The notes beneath the pieces were generated by a model. That model did not search any database and was not told the DNA's origin. It was given only the letters and a program-made list of their open reading frames with translations. From an uncultured Acidimicrobiaceae bacterium (GTDB taxonomy: Bacteria > Actinomycetota > Acidimicrobiia > Acidimicrobiales > Bog-793), in contig CAWHOY010000007.1 of the NCBI GenBank assembly GCA_963831155.1, positions 68,800 to 132,799 on the forward strand: DNA of 64,000 nt. The letters run 5' to 3'. The translations under genes were made by a program, and so were the position numbers. Position 1 is the stretch's first letter; each line of letters begins with the position of its first letter. Below are positions 19,882-28,233 of the stretch, one piece after another.

Positions 19882-19974
19882 TGGTGTTTCCAAGCGCCGT
19901 CCCAACGGGCGCGCGTCGATCGCGCGCCGGTACCCGCGCGACGGGTTGACCCGACTGACCGACAAGTCGCGCTG

Positions 19975-21609
19975 ATGTCGGCAAGCAGGCCGAGCGCCAG
20001 AGTAGACTACGACGTCGTCGTCATCGGCGCCGGCTTCGCCGGGCTGTACATGGCGTACAAATCAATGCAGCTCGGCTTCACGACCATCGGCGTCGAGGCC
20101 GGCGAGGGGGTCGGCGGCACGTGGTTTTGGAACCGCTACCCAGGCGCGCGCGTCGACGTCCAGTCGGTCGAGTACTCATTCAGCTTCTCGAAACAGATCC
20201 AGCAGGAGTGGAACTGGACCGAGCTGATGGCCGCCCAGCCGGAGGTCGAGGCCTATCTCAACCATGTCGCCGATCGCCTCGACATCCGCCGGCATGTGTT
20301 GTTCTCGAGTCGTGTGACGGCGATGACATTCGACGAACGCTCGGCGACATGGGAAGTCGTCACCGATCGGAACGGGCGCTTCCGCTGCCGCTTCGTCATC
20401 GCCGCAACCGGCTGCCTCTCGGTTGCGCTCGAGCCTCAGATCCCGGGTCTGGAGACCTTCGGCGGTGACTCCCTGTACACGAGCCGCTTCCCGCCTGAGG
20501 GCTACGACTTCACTGGCAAACGGGTCGCCGTCATCGGCACCGGGTCCTCCGGGGTGCAGGTGATACCCGAGATCGGCCTGCAGGCGGAGCATCTCGCCGT
20601 CTTTCAAAGATCCGCCGCCTACACCAGGCCGGCGAACAACCGGCCCTTCGAGCCGGGCGAACTCGAAAGGATCAAGGACAGCTACGACGACCTCCGGGCC
20701 AAAGAACGCGCCTCGAACTTCGGGCTGATGCAACTCGGGTCGATGGTCGTCGAAGGAATCGAGCCGCCGATACAACGCATCCTCGACACCCCAATGCCGG
20801 ATCGAATCGCCAAGCTCGACGTTCTCGGCTGGGACGCCCTTCACGCATGGGCCGACGTGACGACGGACCTAGAAGCGAACAAGGCGGCGACCGAGCTCTA
20901 CGCGATCCAGATCTCGCGGCTCGTGCGCGATCCCGCGACGGCGCGGTCATTGATCCCCTGCTATCCGATGGGATGCAAGCGGCAAATCTTCGACATCGGG
21001 TATTTCGACACCTTCAATCGCCCCAACGTTCGCCTCGTCGACGTCGCGGCGAACAACATCGTGGGCATCACGCCGAAGGGGATCGACACCGAAACCGAGT
21101 CGTTTGGGTTCGACGTGATCGTCTACGCGACGGGATTCGACGCGATGACGGGTGCGCTCAACCGAATCGCGATTACCGGCAAGAGAGGCGAGACGCTTTC
21201 AGCGGTTTGGAGGCAATCAGGTCCTGTCTCTTACCTCGGTCTGCAAGTCGCTGGCTTTCCCAACCTCTTCACCATCACGGGGCCCGGCAGCCCTGCGGTC
21301 GTGACGAACATGGTCGTGTCGATCGAGCAGCACGTCGAATGGATCGCTTCGTGCTTGGACCATCTGAGCCGGAACGACTATTCGACGATCGAAGCCGACC
21401 CCACGGCCCAGGACCGATGGGGCGACCATGTCCGTTCGCTCTCGGAGGGCCTGATCAGGACGGCACCGACGTGCAACTCCTGGTACCTCGGCTCGAACGT
21501 CCCGGGTAAAAAGCGCGTCTACATGCCCTATGCGGGGGGCCACGCGCGGTATCGGAAGGAGTGCGATGAAATCGCGGAGTCGAAGTACGAAGGATTCATC
21601 CTGAGCTAG
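19975..21609 (+). CDS. Baeyer-Villiger (type I flavin) monooxygenase with atypical fingerprint
   Basis: 544 aa. VVVIGAGFAGL, GGTWFWNRYPGARVD and VAVIGTGSSGVQ fit the family. The fingerprint position reads FGGDSLYTSRFP rather than FxGxxxHxxxWP. Confidence 0.8.
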   Translation: MSASRPSARVDYDVVVIGAGFAGLYMAYKSMQLGFTTIGVEAGEGVGGTWFWNRYPGARVDVQSVEYSFSFSKQIQQEWNWTELMAAQPEVEAYLNHVADRLDIRRHVLFSSRVTAMTFDERSATWEVVTDRNGRFRCRFVIAATGCLSVALEPQIPGLETFGGDSLYTSRFPPEGYDFTGKRVAVIGTGSSGVQVIPEIGLQAEHLAVFQRSAAYTRPANNRPFEPGELERIKDSYDDLRAKERASNFGLMQLGSMVVEGIEPPIQRILDTPMPDRIAKLDVLGWDALHAWADVTTDLEANKAATELYAIQISRLVRDPATARSLIPCYPMGCKRQIFDIGYFDTFNRPNVRLVDVAANNIVGITPKGIDTETESFGFDVIVYATGFDAMTGALNRIAITGKRGETLSAVWRQSGPVSYLGLQVAGFPNLFTITGPGSPAVVTNMVVSIEQHVEWIASCLDHLSRNDYSTIEADPTAQDRWGDHVRSLSEGLIRTAPTCNSWYLGSNVPGKKRVYMPYAGGHARYRKECDEIAESKYEGFILS

Positions 21610-21652
21610 TCGCAAGACTGCTCAGTACTGCGGCTCACAGCGCCCAGATTCC

Positions 21653-23062
21653 CTACGCGCCGACGAGGGATCTCGACTCGGCGACGAGATCGATGGCGCT
21701 CGAGGGTGGACGGCGCAGGTACTCGCCGAAACCCTCTTTGCCGACGATCTCGCCGTCTTTCATCACCGTTTGGCCGCGGACGAGCGTCTGCACCGACCAT
21801 CCCTTCAGCCGTTCTCCTTCCCAAGGCGAGAAATCAGCCCGGGACTGCAGGTAGCCGGCGTCAACGACCATCTCCTTGTCGAGATCGACGATGGCGAGGT
21901 CGGCGTCACTTCCGACCTCGATCGCCCCTTTGCGCGGGTAGAGGTTGAAGATTCGCGCCGTGTTGTACGAGGAGATCTCGGCGATCCGCTGCAGACTGAC
22001 CCCGCGGCGGTGGTAGCCCTCGGTGAGCAGCACCGAGAGCATCGTCCCGACCCCTGGGAAGGCGGATCCCGCCTTCCACACTCCTCCTTCTTTGTCCGCC
22101 CGGAAGCGAGCCGAATGGTCGCACCCGACCGTGTCGACCTGACCGGCCTCGACCGCCGCCCACATTGCGTCGACGTCCTTCGCCTTGCGGACCGGAGGGT
22201 TGACCTTCGCAAGCAGCCCGCATGGCGAGTCGATCGTGAGCGAGAGGTAGTGCGGGGTCGTCTCGATAAAGACCGGCGTCTCGTTGCTGCGAATGCTCGC
22301 GAATTCTCGCGCCGACTCCTCGCAGCTCATATGGACGAAGTACACAGGACAACGCGTTGTCCTCGACATGAACGCCGCGGTCATCATCGCCGTCGCTTCT
22401 GCCACTGGCGGACGCGCCGCATAGTGCGCCTTTAAGCCGTCGAGTCCTTGTTTTTTGACTTCCTCCTCGGCACGCCAGATCATCTCGATGTCCTCGGTAT
22501 GGACGTTGACGATCGCGCCGGGGATACCCGCGATCGTCTCGAGCAGCTCGTAGAACAGCCCGTCGTCGGTGGTTCCAACGCCGCGCGCTGTCCCCTCGTT
22601 GCCCTTGTAACTCATGAAGAGCTTGAACGACGAGATGCCGAGATCATTGATGTAATGCGGGATCTTGGCGATGTGCTCCGAGGAGAAGATCCCGAGGTGA
22701 ATCCCCATGTCGACGTAGGCGAGGCGGTCGATGTGGTCGAGGAACTCGTCGTAGTCGGCCTTGTAGGAGCCCGGCTTCAAGATGTAGTTGAGAATCGAGG
22801 TTGCCCCCCCGATGGCGGCCGATCGGGTCTCGCTGCTGACGTCGGAGAGCGGCTGGCCGACGAAGCCGATGTGCATGTGCGGATCGATGAGTCCGGGGAA
22901 GATAAAACGACCTTTCGCATCGATGTCCACGTCGGCACTGACGGACTCGTCCGGTTCTAACAGCGCGGCGATCTTGCCCTCACGGATGGCGATGTTGATC
23001 TTGCGCAATCCGTGGGCCGGGATGACCGCCGTGCCGCTCCTGATCACTGTGTCGAAACTCAT
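21653..23062 (-). CDS. dihydropyrimidinase/hydantoinase-type cyclic amidohydrolase
   Basis: 469 aa. GLIDPHMHIGF, a later K for carbamylation, VHTEDIE and GSDADLAIVD give the amidohydrolase-superfamily pattern. Confidence 0.85.
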   Translation of the reverse strand: MSFDTVIRSGTAVIPAHGLRKINIAIREGKIAALLEPDESVSADVDIDAKGRFIFPGLIDPHMHIGFVGQPLSDVSSETRSAAIGGATSILNYILKPGSYKADYDEFLDHIDRLAYVDMGIHLGIFSSEHIAKIPHYINDLGISSFKLFMSYKGNEGTARGVGTTDDGLFYELLETIAGIPGAIVNVHTEDIEMIWRAEEEVKKQGLDGLKAHYAARPPVAEATAMMTAAFMSRTTRCPVYFVHMSCEESAREFASIRSNETPVFIETTPHYLSLTIDSPCGLLAKVNPPVRKAKDVDAMWAAVEAGQVDTVGCDHSARFRADKEGGVWKAGSAFPGVGTMLSVLLTEGYHRRGVSLQRIAEISSYNTARIFNLYPRKGAIEVGSDADLAIVDLDKEMVVDAGYLQSRADFSPWEGERLKGWSVQTLVRGQTVMKDGEIVGKEGFGEYLRRPPSSAIDLVAESRSLVGA

Positions 23063-23090
23063 CGCGCTCGTTCGCCTTTCTCTGTCGATC

Positions 23091-23123
23091 GTCAGAACAA
23101 CAGCCGAGCCCGCGACGCTCGGC
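23091..23123 (-). terminator. possible intrinsic terminator/attenuator between the NMT1-like gene and the hydantoinase gene
   Basis: 7-bp GC stem GCCGAGC/GCTCGGC (23103-23123). On the transcribed minus strand it is followed by UGUUGUUCU. Confidence 0.3.
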
Positions 23124-23143
23124 GGTACCGCCCGTTCTGGTCC

Positions 23144-24193
23144 TCAATAGCCGTACTTGGCGGCGACTTTCTTCGCCCGGTCGCGATCGCCCTTCAGCTC
23201 CGCACGCCCCGAAAGCTCCGCGTAGGCGTCCTTTGCCATGTCGAGTTGGGAGATCTTGCTCGGCTCGACGTAATCGTCGATCGCCCCGATAGCGACCGCC
23301 TCTTTCAGGTACCCCTCGAGACCGGTCGGCAGCCCGTCGATCGGGAAGGGCATCATCTCGGCCTGCACCGCCGATCCGAACTGCGCCATGCGGACGCGCT
23401 CGTCGGGATCGGGGCTCCGCCTCCGCAGGCGCGCCTCGATCGCCGCGGTGAGTTCGATGTTGTCGGGCTGACGGCGGATGAACCAGTACGCCCGGATCAT
23501 CCCCTTGATGAACGCTGTGAGGTCATCGGGCCGCTCATCGATCGCCTTCTCGGTAGCTGCGATCACACGGTCGGGGCGACCGTCTGGGTAGTGCGCGCCG
23601 ACATCGAAGATCTGCACGTACCCCTCGTCGAGCAACCCGGGGAGATCGAGACTGTCGACGAACGACGCGTCGGCGCGCCCCTCTCGCAGCGCGAACGGTC
23701 CCCGCCGTGTGTCGATGCCCGTCACCCACTCGATGTCGTTTTGCGGATCGATTCCTTCTTGAATAAGCCAGTACGTGAGCATCGTCACGAGAATGTCGTC
23801 GGGATCGATAATGCCGACTCGCTTGCCGACGAGATCCCTTAGCGTCGACACGCCGGAACGGCCGACGACGTAGAAGGCCATTTGGTTGCGCCACCCGGCG
23901 ATGACCCGTAGCCCCTTTCCTTGTTGCTGGAGGAAGGCGACGGTCGAGGGCTTGACGTCCATCGTCACGTCGATCCCGCGTTCTTTCATCGTCTGCCAAA
24001 GCGTCTGCTTCTCGAACATGAACGGCGCGTGGCTGTCGGGGACGATCTCGTAGGTCTCAAGACCGTCTTCGTCGCGGAGTCCCTCGTCGTAGAAGTAGTT
24101 GAGCTCGTCGGCGATCGTCGGAGGGACGAGGTGCAACACGTGATAACAGGATGGGCCGATGCGAAGCGGGCGGCGGCTGCGACCGCGGGTCAC
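23144..24193 (-). CDS. NMT1/THI5-like binding-protein fold, no signal peptide, copy 2
   Basis: GTG 24193 overlaps the TGA of cupin paralog 3 (GTGA). The upstream part of the 421-aa track ORF is rejected because it overlaps the cupin gene. Confidence 0.55.
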   Translation of the reverse strand: MTRGRSRRPLRIGPSCYHVLHLVPPTIADELNYFYDEGLRDEDGLETYEIVPDSHAPFMFEKQTLWQTMKERGIDVTMDVKPSTVAFLQQQGKGLRVIAGWRNQMAFYVVGRSGVSTLRDLVGKRVGIIDPDDILVTMLTYWLIQEGIDPQNDIEWVTGIDTRRGPFALREGRADASFVDSLDLPGLLDEGYVQIFDVGAHYPDGRPDRVIAATEKAIDERPDDLTAFIKGMIRAYWFIRRQPDNIELTAAIEARLRRRSPDPDERVRMAQFGSAVQAEMMPFPIDGLPTGLEGYLKEAVAIGAIDDYVEPSKISQLDMAKDAYAELSGRAELKGDRDRAKKVAAKYGY

Positions 24194-24597
24194 GCGCTCT
24201 GGACCTTCTTGATGTTGGCGCTGAACGCTTCGATCGTGTCCGCCGCTTCCTTCGCCGGATTGAACTCGATGTTCTCGAAGTCCTCGATCGCGTACAGCTT
24301 GTGGCCCGGGGGCGCGTAGTAGAGGTCGCCGCCGTTGATCGTGACCTCCCGACCGTCCGCCATCCGCAACAGCGCCTTTCCCTTCACGAGGTAACCCCAG
24401 TGCGGGCACTGGCAGAGGTCCTCAGGGAGCCCCTCCCACGCCGCGTCGCCGCCGGGGGGGAATCCGCCCGGGACGCGTTCGAAGGCCATCGCGTACCCCT
24501 CCCACTGTGCCCATTGCGCCTGATAGGCACCCATGCTGACGACGGGAAGATCGTCCTTGGCGATGGTCAGACCGTCCGGCGAATAGAGCTCGGCCAT
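24190..24597 (-). CDS. small cupin, CQCPH family, paralog 3
   Basis: 135 aa from ATG 24597: MAELYSPDGLTIAKDDLPVV..., CQCPHWGY, GDLYYAPPGH, FENIEFNP. The longer track ORF (to 25236) is antisense to the aldehyde dehydrogenase gene and is rejected. Confidence 0.75.
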   Translation of the reverse strand: MAELYSPDGLTIAKDDLPVVSMGAYQAQWAQWEGYAMAFERVPGGFPPGGDAAWEGLPEDLCQCPHWGYLVKGKALLRMADGREVTINGGDLYYAPPGHKLYAIEDFENIEFNPAKEAADTIEAFSANIKKVQSA

Positions 24598-24652
24598 TTT
24601 CGACGACTCCTCTACTGTTCTGGGCGCCAGGGCCACCGGTGGCGCGATTCGT

Positions 24653-24666
24653 ATGTAGCATACTAG
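24653..24666. promoter_or_regulatory. operator-like box S4 (ATGTAGCATACTAG)
   Basis: It lies in the divergent intergenic region between cupin paralog 3 (ATG 24597) and the aldehyde dehydrogenase (ATG 24739). Confidence 0.5.
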
Positions 24667-24738
24667 GCGAGCTTTGGAGCGAGAAAATCCAGGCCACAAG
24701 CGGCAAACAGCGTTGCCGAGGCCCTGCGAGGGGGAGTC

Positions 24739-26262
24739 ATGACCACCACCGCCACATCCTTCGCCCAGGACTTCGTCGCCGGTCAGTCCTTCAAGATGCT
24801 GATCGGCGGGAGGTTCATCGGTGTCGATGAGCACCACGGTGCCGTCTTCGAAACGGTCGACCCGTCGACGGGGCTCACCCTCGCCGAGGTTCCCGATGCC
24901 GACGGAAGCGATGTCGGGCTCGCCGTCGAGGCCGCGCGCGGGGCGCAAGCGGCGTGGGAAAAGCTCGGCCTCGAGGGTCGCTCCGAGTGCTTTGCGCGCT
25001 TTTCGGCACTCCTCAAACAGAACCGCGAGCGCATCGCCATGCTCGATGCTGTCGACTGCGGCAATCCGATCCGCGCAATGCGCGTCGACGTCGACCTCTG
25101 TCAGGAGTACCTGCGCGCCTATCCGCCCATGGCGTGGGGACTGCACGGACGGGTGCACGAGATGAACCGCGGCGGTCTCCACTACACGATCTCCCGCCCG
25201 TACGGAGTGACCGGGCGGATCCTCGCCTTCAATCACCCACTACTCTTCGCCGTGTCGCGGGCGCTGCCAGCGCTCATCGTCGGCAACACGCTTGTCATGA
25301 AGCCGGCGCCGCAGACACCGCTTTCGGCGCTCGCGCTCGGCGAGCTCTTCGCCGAAGCCTTTCCCCCCGGCGTCGTCAACATCTTGAGCGGCGGCGCTCC
25401 GGCCGGCGAGGCGATCGTCCGCCACCCGGAGGTGAAGCGGATCTCGTTCACCGGCAGCGTCCGAACCGGTCTCGCCATCCAGCGCACGGCCGCCGACAGC
25501 GGGCACGTGAAGCACGTCTCGCTCGAGCTCGGCGGGAAGAACGCGATGGTCATCTTCCCTGACGTCGACGTCGAGGCGGCCGTCGAGGGCGCGGTGTTCG
25601 GCATGAACCTTGGCGTGTGCCAGGGCCAATCTTGTGGTTCAAATTCGCGCGTCCTTGTCCATAAGAAGATCCACGACGAGTTCGTTGAGGCGCTCGGGGC
25701 GCGTCTCGATCGCTTCCGCGTCGCGACCGCGTACGACGAGGCCTCGGAGATGGGGCCGCTCGTCACTCGGGCTCACCTCGAACGGGTGGCTGGATACGTC
25801 GCCAAGGGCAACGAGGAAGGCGCGCGCCTCGTCACGGGCGGCGGACGGCCTGAGGAGGTGCCGGATGGGGGCTATTTCATGCGCCCGGCTGCTTTCGATC
25901 GTGTCGAACAGTCGATGACGATCGCTCGCGAGGAGATCTTCGGTCCGGTGGTGAGCGTTCTCGACTGGGACGACTTCGATCAGATGGTCGCCACCGCCAA
26001 CGCCGTCGACCTCGGCCTCACCGCGAGTATTTGGACGAACGACTTGAACCTCGCCCAAAAGTCGGCGGAGCTCCTCGATGCCGGCTACGTGTGGATCAAC
26101 GACAGCACGGTCCACTACGTGGGTACGCCGTTCGGAGGCACAAAAGACAGTGGAACAGGGCGCGAGGAATCCGAAGAGGAGTTACTCAGCTTCTTAGAGC
26201 AGAAAGCGGTACACACAAAACTCGCTTCGCCCGGTATCGCAATGGAAAGGCACGGCTGGTAG
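24739..26262 (+). CDS. NAD(P)-dependent aldehyde dehydrogenase
   Basis: 507 aa with VSLELGGKNAMVIF, a QGQSCGSNSR catalytic-Cys region and EEIFGPV. Confidence 0.9.
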   Translation: MTTTATSFAQDFVAGQSFKMLIGGRFIGVDEHHGAVFETVDPSTGLTLAEVPDADGSDVGLAVEAARGAQAAWEKLGLEGRSECFARFSALLKQNRERIAMLDAVDCGNPIRAMRVDVDLCQEYLRAYPPMAWGLHGRVHEMNRGGLHYTISRPYGVTGRILAFNHPLLFAVSRALPALIVGNTLVMKPAPQTPLSALALGELFAEAFPPGVVNILSGGAPAGEAIVRHPEVKRISFTGSVRTGLAIQRTAADSGHVKHVSLELGGKNAMVIFPDVDVEAAVEGAVFGMNLGVCQGQSCGSNSRVLVHKKIHDEFVEALGARLDRFRVATAYDEASEMGPLVTRAHLERVAGYVAKGNEEGARLVTGGGRPEEVPDGGYFMRPAAFDRVEQSMTIAREEIFGPVVSVLDWDDFDQMVATANAVDLGLTASIWTNDLNLAQKSAELLDAGYVWINDSTVHYVGTPFGGTKDSGTGREESEEELLSFLEQKAVHTKLASPGIAMERHGW

Positions 26263-26336
26263 CAACGGATTAGGCCGGCACGGCTTCGCGTTCTCAATCG
26301 TTCGATCGCCACGATGGGGGCGCTCCGATCCTCTCG

Positions 26337-27104
26337 GTGCAGCGTCAGGTGGTGACGCTCCTCGAGCTCGTCGTGCTCGTCGGCGCGCTCTCCTTTGTTT
26401 CGGGGATGCTCGGCATCGGCTCCGCGTTGGTCGTCGCGCCCGTTCTCGCCCTCTTCGGCTATGCACTGAAAGACGTCGTTCAGCCCTGGGCGCTCCTGCT
26501 CAACGCCACGACATCGTTGAGCGCCAGCATCAGCTTCATCCGGGCCCGGATGGTCGATTACCGCACGGTGGTGCCAGTCGCCGTTATCTGCACGCTCGGA
26601 GCTCCACTCGGAGTGCTCATCGCCGATCGCGCTTCGACAACCCTCATCTGGTGGCTGTACATCGCCGCACTCTTCTTCGTCGCAATCCGGATGCTCGCCC
26701 CGCAAGGACAACGAAGCGAATCCGTCGCAAAGATCCCGCGAAGGGCACGGCGAGCGACCGACATCGCCTCCGTCCCGATCAGCGTCTTCTCCGGTTTCCT
26801 CGGAGTCGGCCCGGGGTTCCTGCTCGTTCCAATGATGATGGCAGTCGGACTTTCGGCTCGCCTCGCGGCGGCGACCAACTCGCTCGCCGTCGTCGTGCCA
26901 TCGTTCGCTGCGTTCGGCACCCACCTCGGAACGGCGCGGCTCGATTGGACGACCGTGATCGCGACCTGCGCGGTCGGTGTCGTGACGAGCATCGCCGGGG
27001 CGTCGTTCACTGTCAGCAAAGTGCGTTCCCGGCCATTGGCGGTGGTATTCGCATTCGTGATGATCGGGCTAGCAATCGAAAGAGCGGTCGTCCTTTTGCG
27101 CTGA
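26337..27104 (+). CDS. TauE/SafE-family sulfite/anion exporter-like membrane protein
   Basis: 255 aa with about 7-8 hydrophobic helices. GMLGIGSALVV and a second GFLGVGPGFLLVP repeat are typical of the family. Confidence 0.7.
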   Translation: MQRQVVTLLELVVLVGALSFVSGMLGIGSALVVAPVLALFGYALKDVVQPWALLLNATTSLSASISFIRARMVDYRTVVPVAVICTLGAPLGVLIADRASTTLIWWLYIAALFFVAIRMLAPQGQRSESVAKIPRRARRATDIASVPISVFSGFLGVGPGFLLVPMMMAVGLSARLAAATNSLAVVVPSFAAFGTHLGTARLDWTTVIATCAVGVVTSIAGASFTVSKVRSRPLAVVFAFVMIGLAIERAVVLLR

Positions 27105-27128
27105 GGAGCGACGGCCCCAATTGAACGG

Positions 27129-27701
27129 TCAGGAAAGCGCGGGAAGCGCTCGGCCGAGTGCTTCGAGGCGCGCGAGCGAAACAGAGACCGTCGCGAAGAT
27201 CTGGACCTGCGTCGTGTGATCAAGGACGTACAAGAAGCGGTCGGGCTCGGCGACGTACGTGTACGCCCCGGACTGTATGCCGGCGATCATGTGTTCCGAA
27301 TGCGTTTTCGCGAGCGACGCTTCGACCGCCGCGAACGCCGTTGGCGAGGCGGGAACGAAGTTGATCGTCGCCTCGTTCGCGGCTCGCCCGCCGTTTCCGT
27401 AGTACGAGCAGATGAGTGCTCCTGCAGGAGCTGCAGGATGGTGCGCGGTCACGTGCGCCGCGTCGATCCCGAGCTTTTCGTTCACGAGCGCAACCGACAC
27501 GACCCCGCACGTCGTTGGGGTCGAGCCGGCTTGGCCGTCTGCCATGAATGCGAAGACGCCAACCAGAAGACCGGAGAGTGAAAGCGCCAACCCGAGTTTC
27601 GACACGAGGCGTGTTATGACCCTCAACGTACCGTGCCGGCTCCCGTCCGGCGCTCTCCCTTTTCCGAGCGCCGGAAACAGAGGGGGGCAGGAGCGCCGCA
27701 C
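27129..27701 (-). CDS. hypothetical membrane-anchored/secreted protein
   Basis: 190 aa with a hydrophobic N-terminal segment (LGLALSLSGLLVGVFAF) and no recognised domain. It starts 4 nt after the stop of cupin paralog 4. Confidence 0.4.
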   Translation of the reverse strand: MRRSCPPLFPALGKGRAPDGSRHGTLRVITRLVSKLGLALSLSGLLVGVFAFMADGQAGSTPTTCGVVSVALVNEKLGIDAAHVTAHHPAAPAGALICSYYGNGGRAANEATINFVPASPTAFAAVEASLAKTHSEHMIAGIQSGAYTYVAEPDRFLYVLDHTTQVQIFATVSVSLARLEALGRALPALS

Positions 27702-27704
27702 GGT

Positions 27705-28118
27705 TCACAGGCCCTCTTTGGCCTCTCGCGCGAGATTTCGGGAGAAGGTCGTGATCGAGTGTTCAAGCTCCGGGGCGGGGTTCCACTCGATGTTCTCGAA
27801 GTCTTCGATCGCGGAGATTCGGTGGCCGGGAGGGCAGTAGTACAGGTCGCCGGCATGGACCACCGTTTGGTGGCCGTCCCCCATTTGCAGAAGCGCCTCG
27901 CCACGGAACACGTATCCCCAGTGGGGACACTGACAGAGGTTGTCGTGGAGCCCCTGCCAGGCAAGGTCCCCACCTGGCGGAAAACCCTCCGGAAACAACT
28001 CGAAGGCGAAGGCGTGGCCCGCCCACTTGGCAAACTGCGCTTGGTACGGGCCGATCTTGACCACGGGAAGTTCCGACTTCGAAATGACCAGCTATTGCGG
28101 AGCGAAGATCTCTGTCAC
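27705..28118 (-). pseudogene. small cupin, CQCPH family, paralog 4, N-terminus interrupted by an in-frame TAG (28092-28094)
   Basis: The minus strand from GTG 28118 reads VTEIFAPQ*LVISKSELPVVKIGPYQAQ... It is colinear with paralog 3 (MAELYSPDGLTIAKDDLPVVSMGAYQAQ), with the stop at the conserved Gly position. A residual ORF 27705-28064 remains intact. Confidence 0.55.
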
Positions 28119-28233
28119 GTTGGCGACTCCTTTCTCCCGCTCGATGTTGACATCATCCGAACACGTCCATGGAATACAGCTGCAACCACCCATTCGCTCT
28201 CGAGAAGAGCGAGCACACGATGGCACCTAAGGG

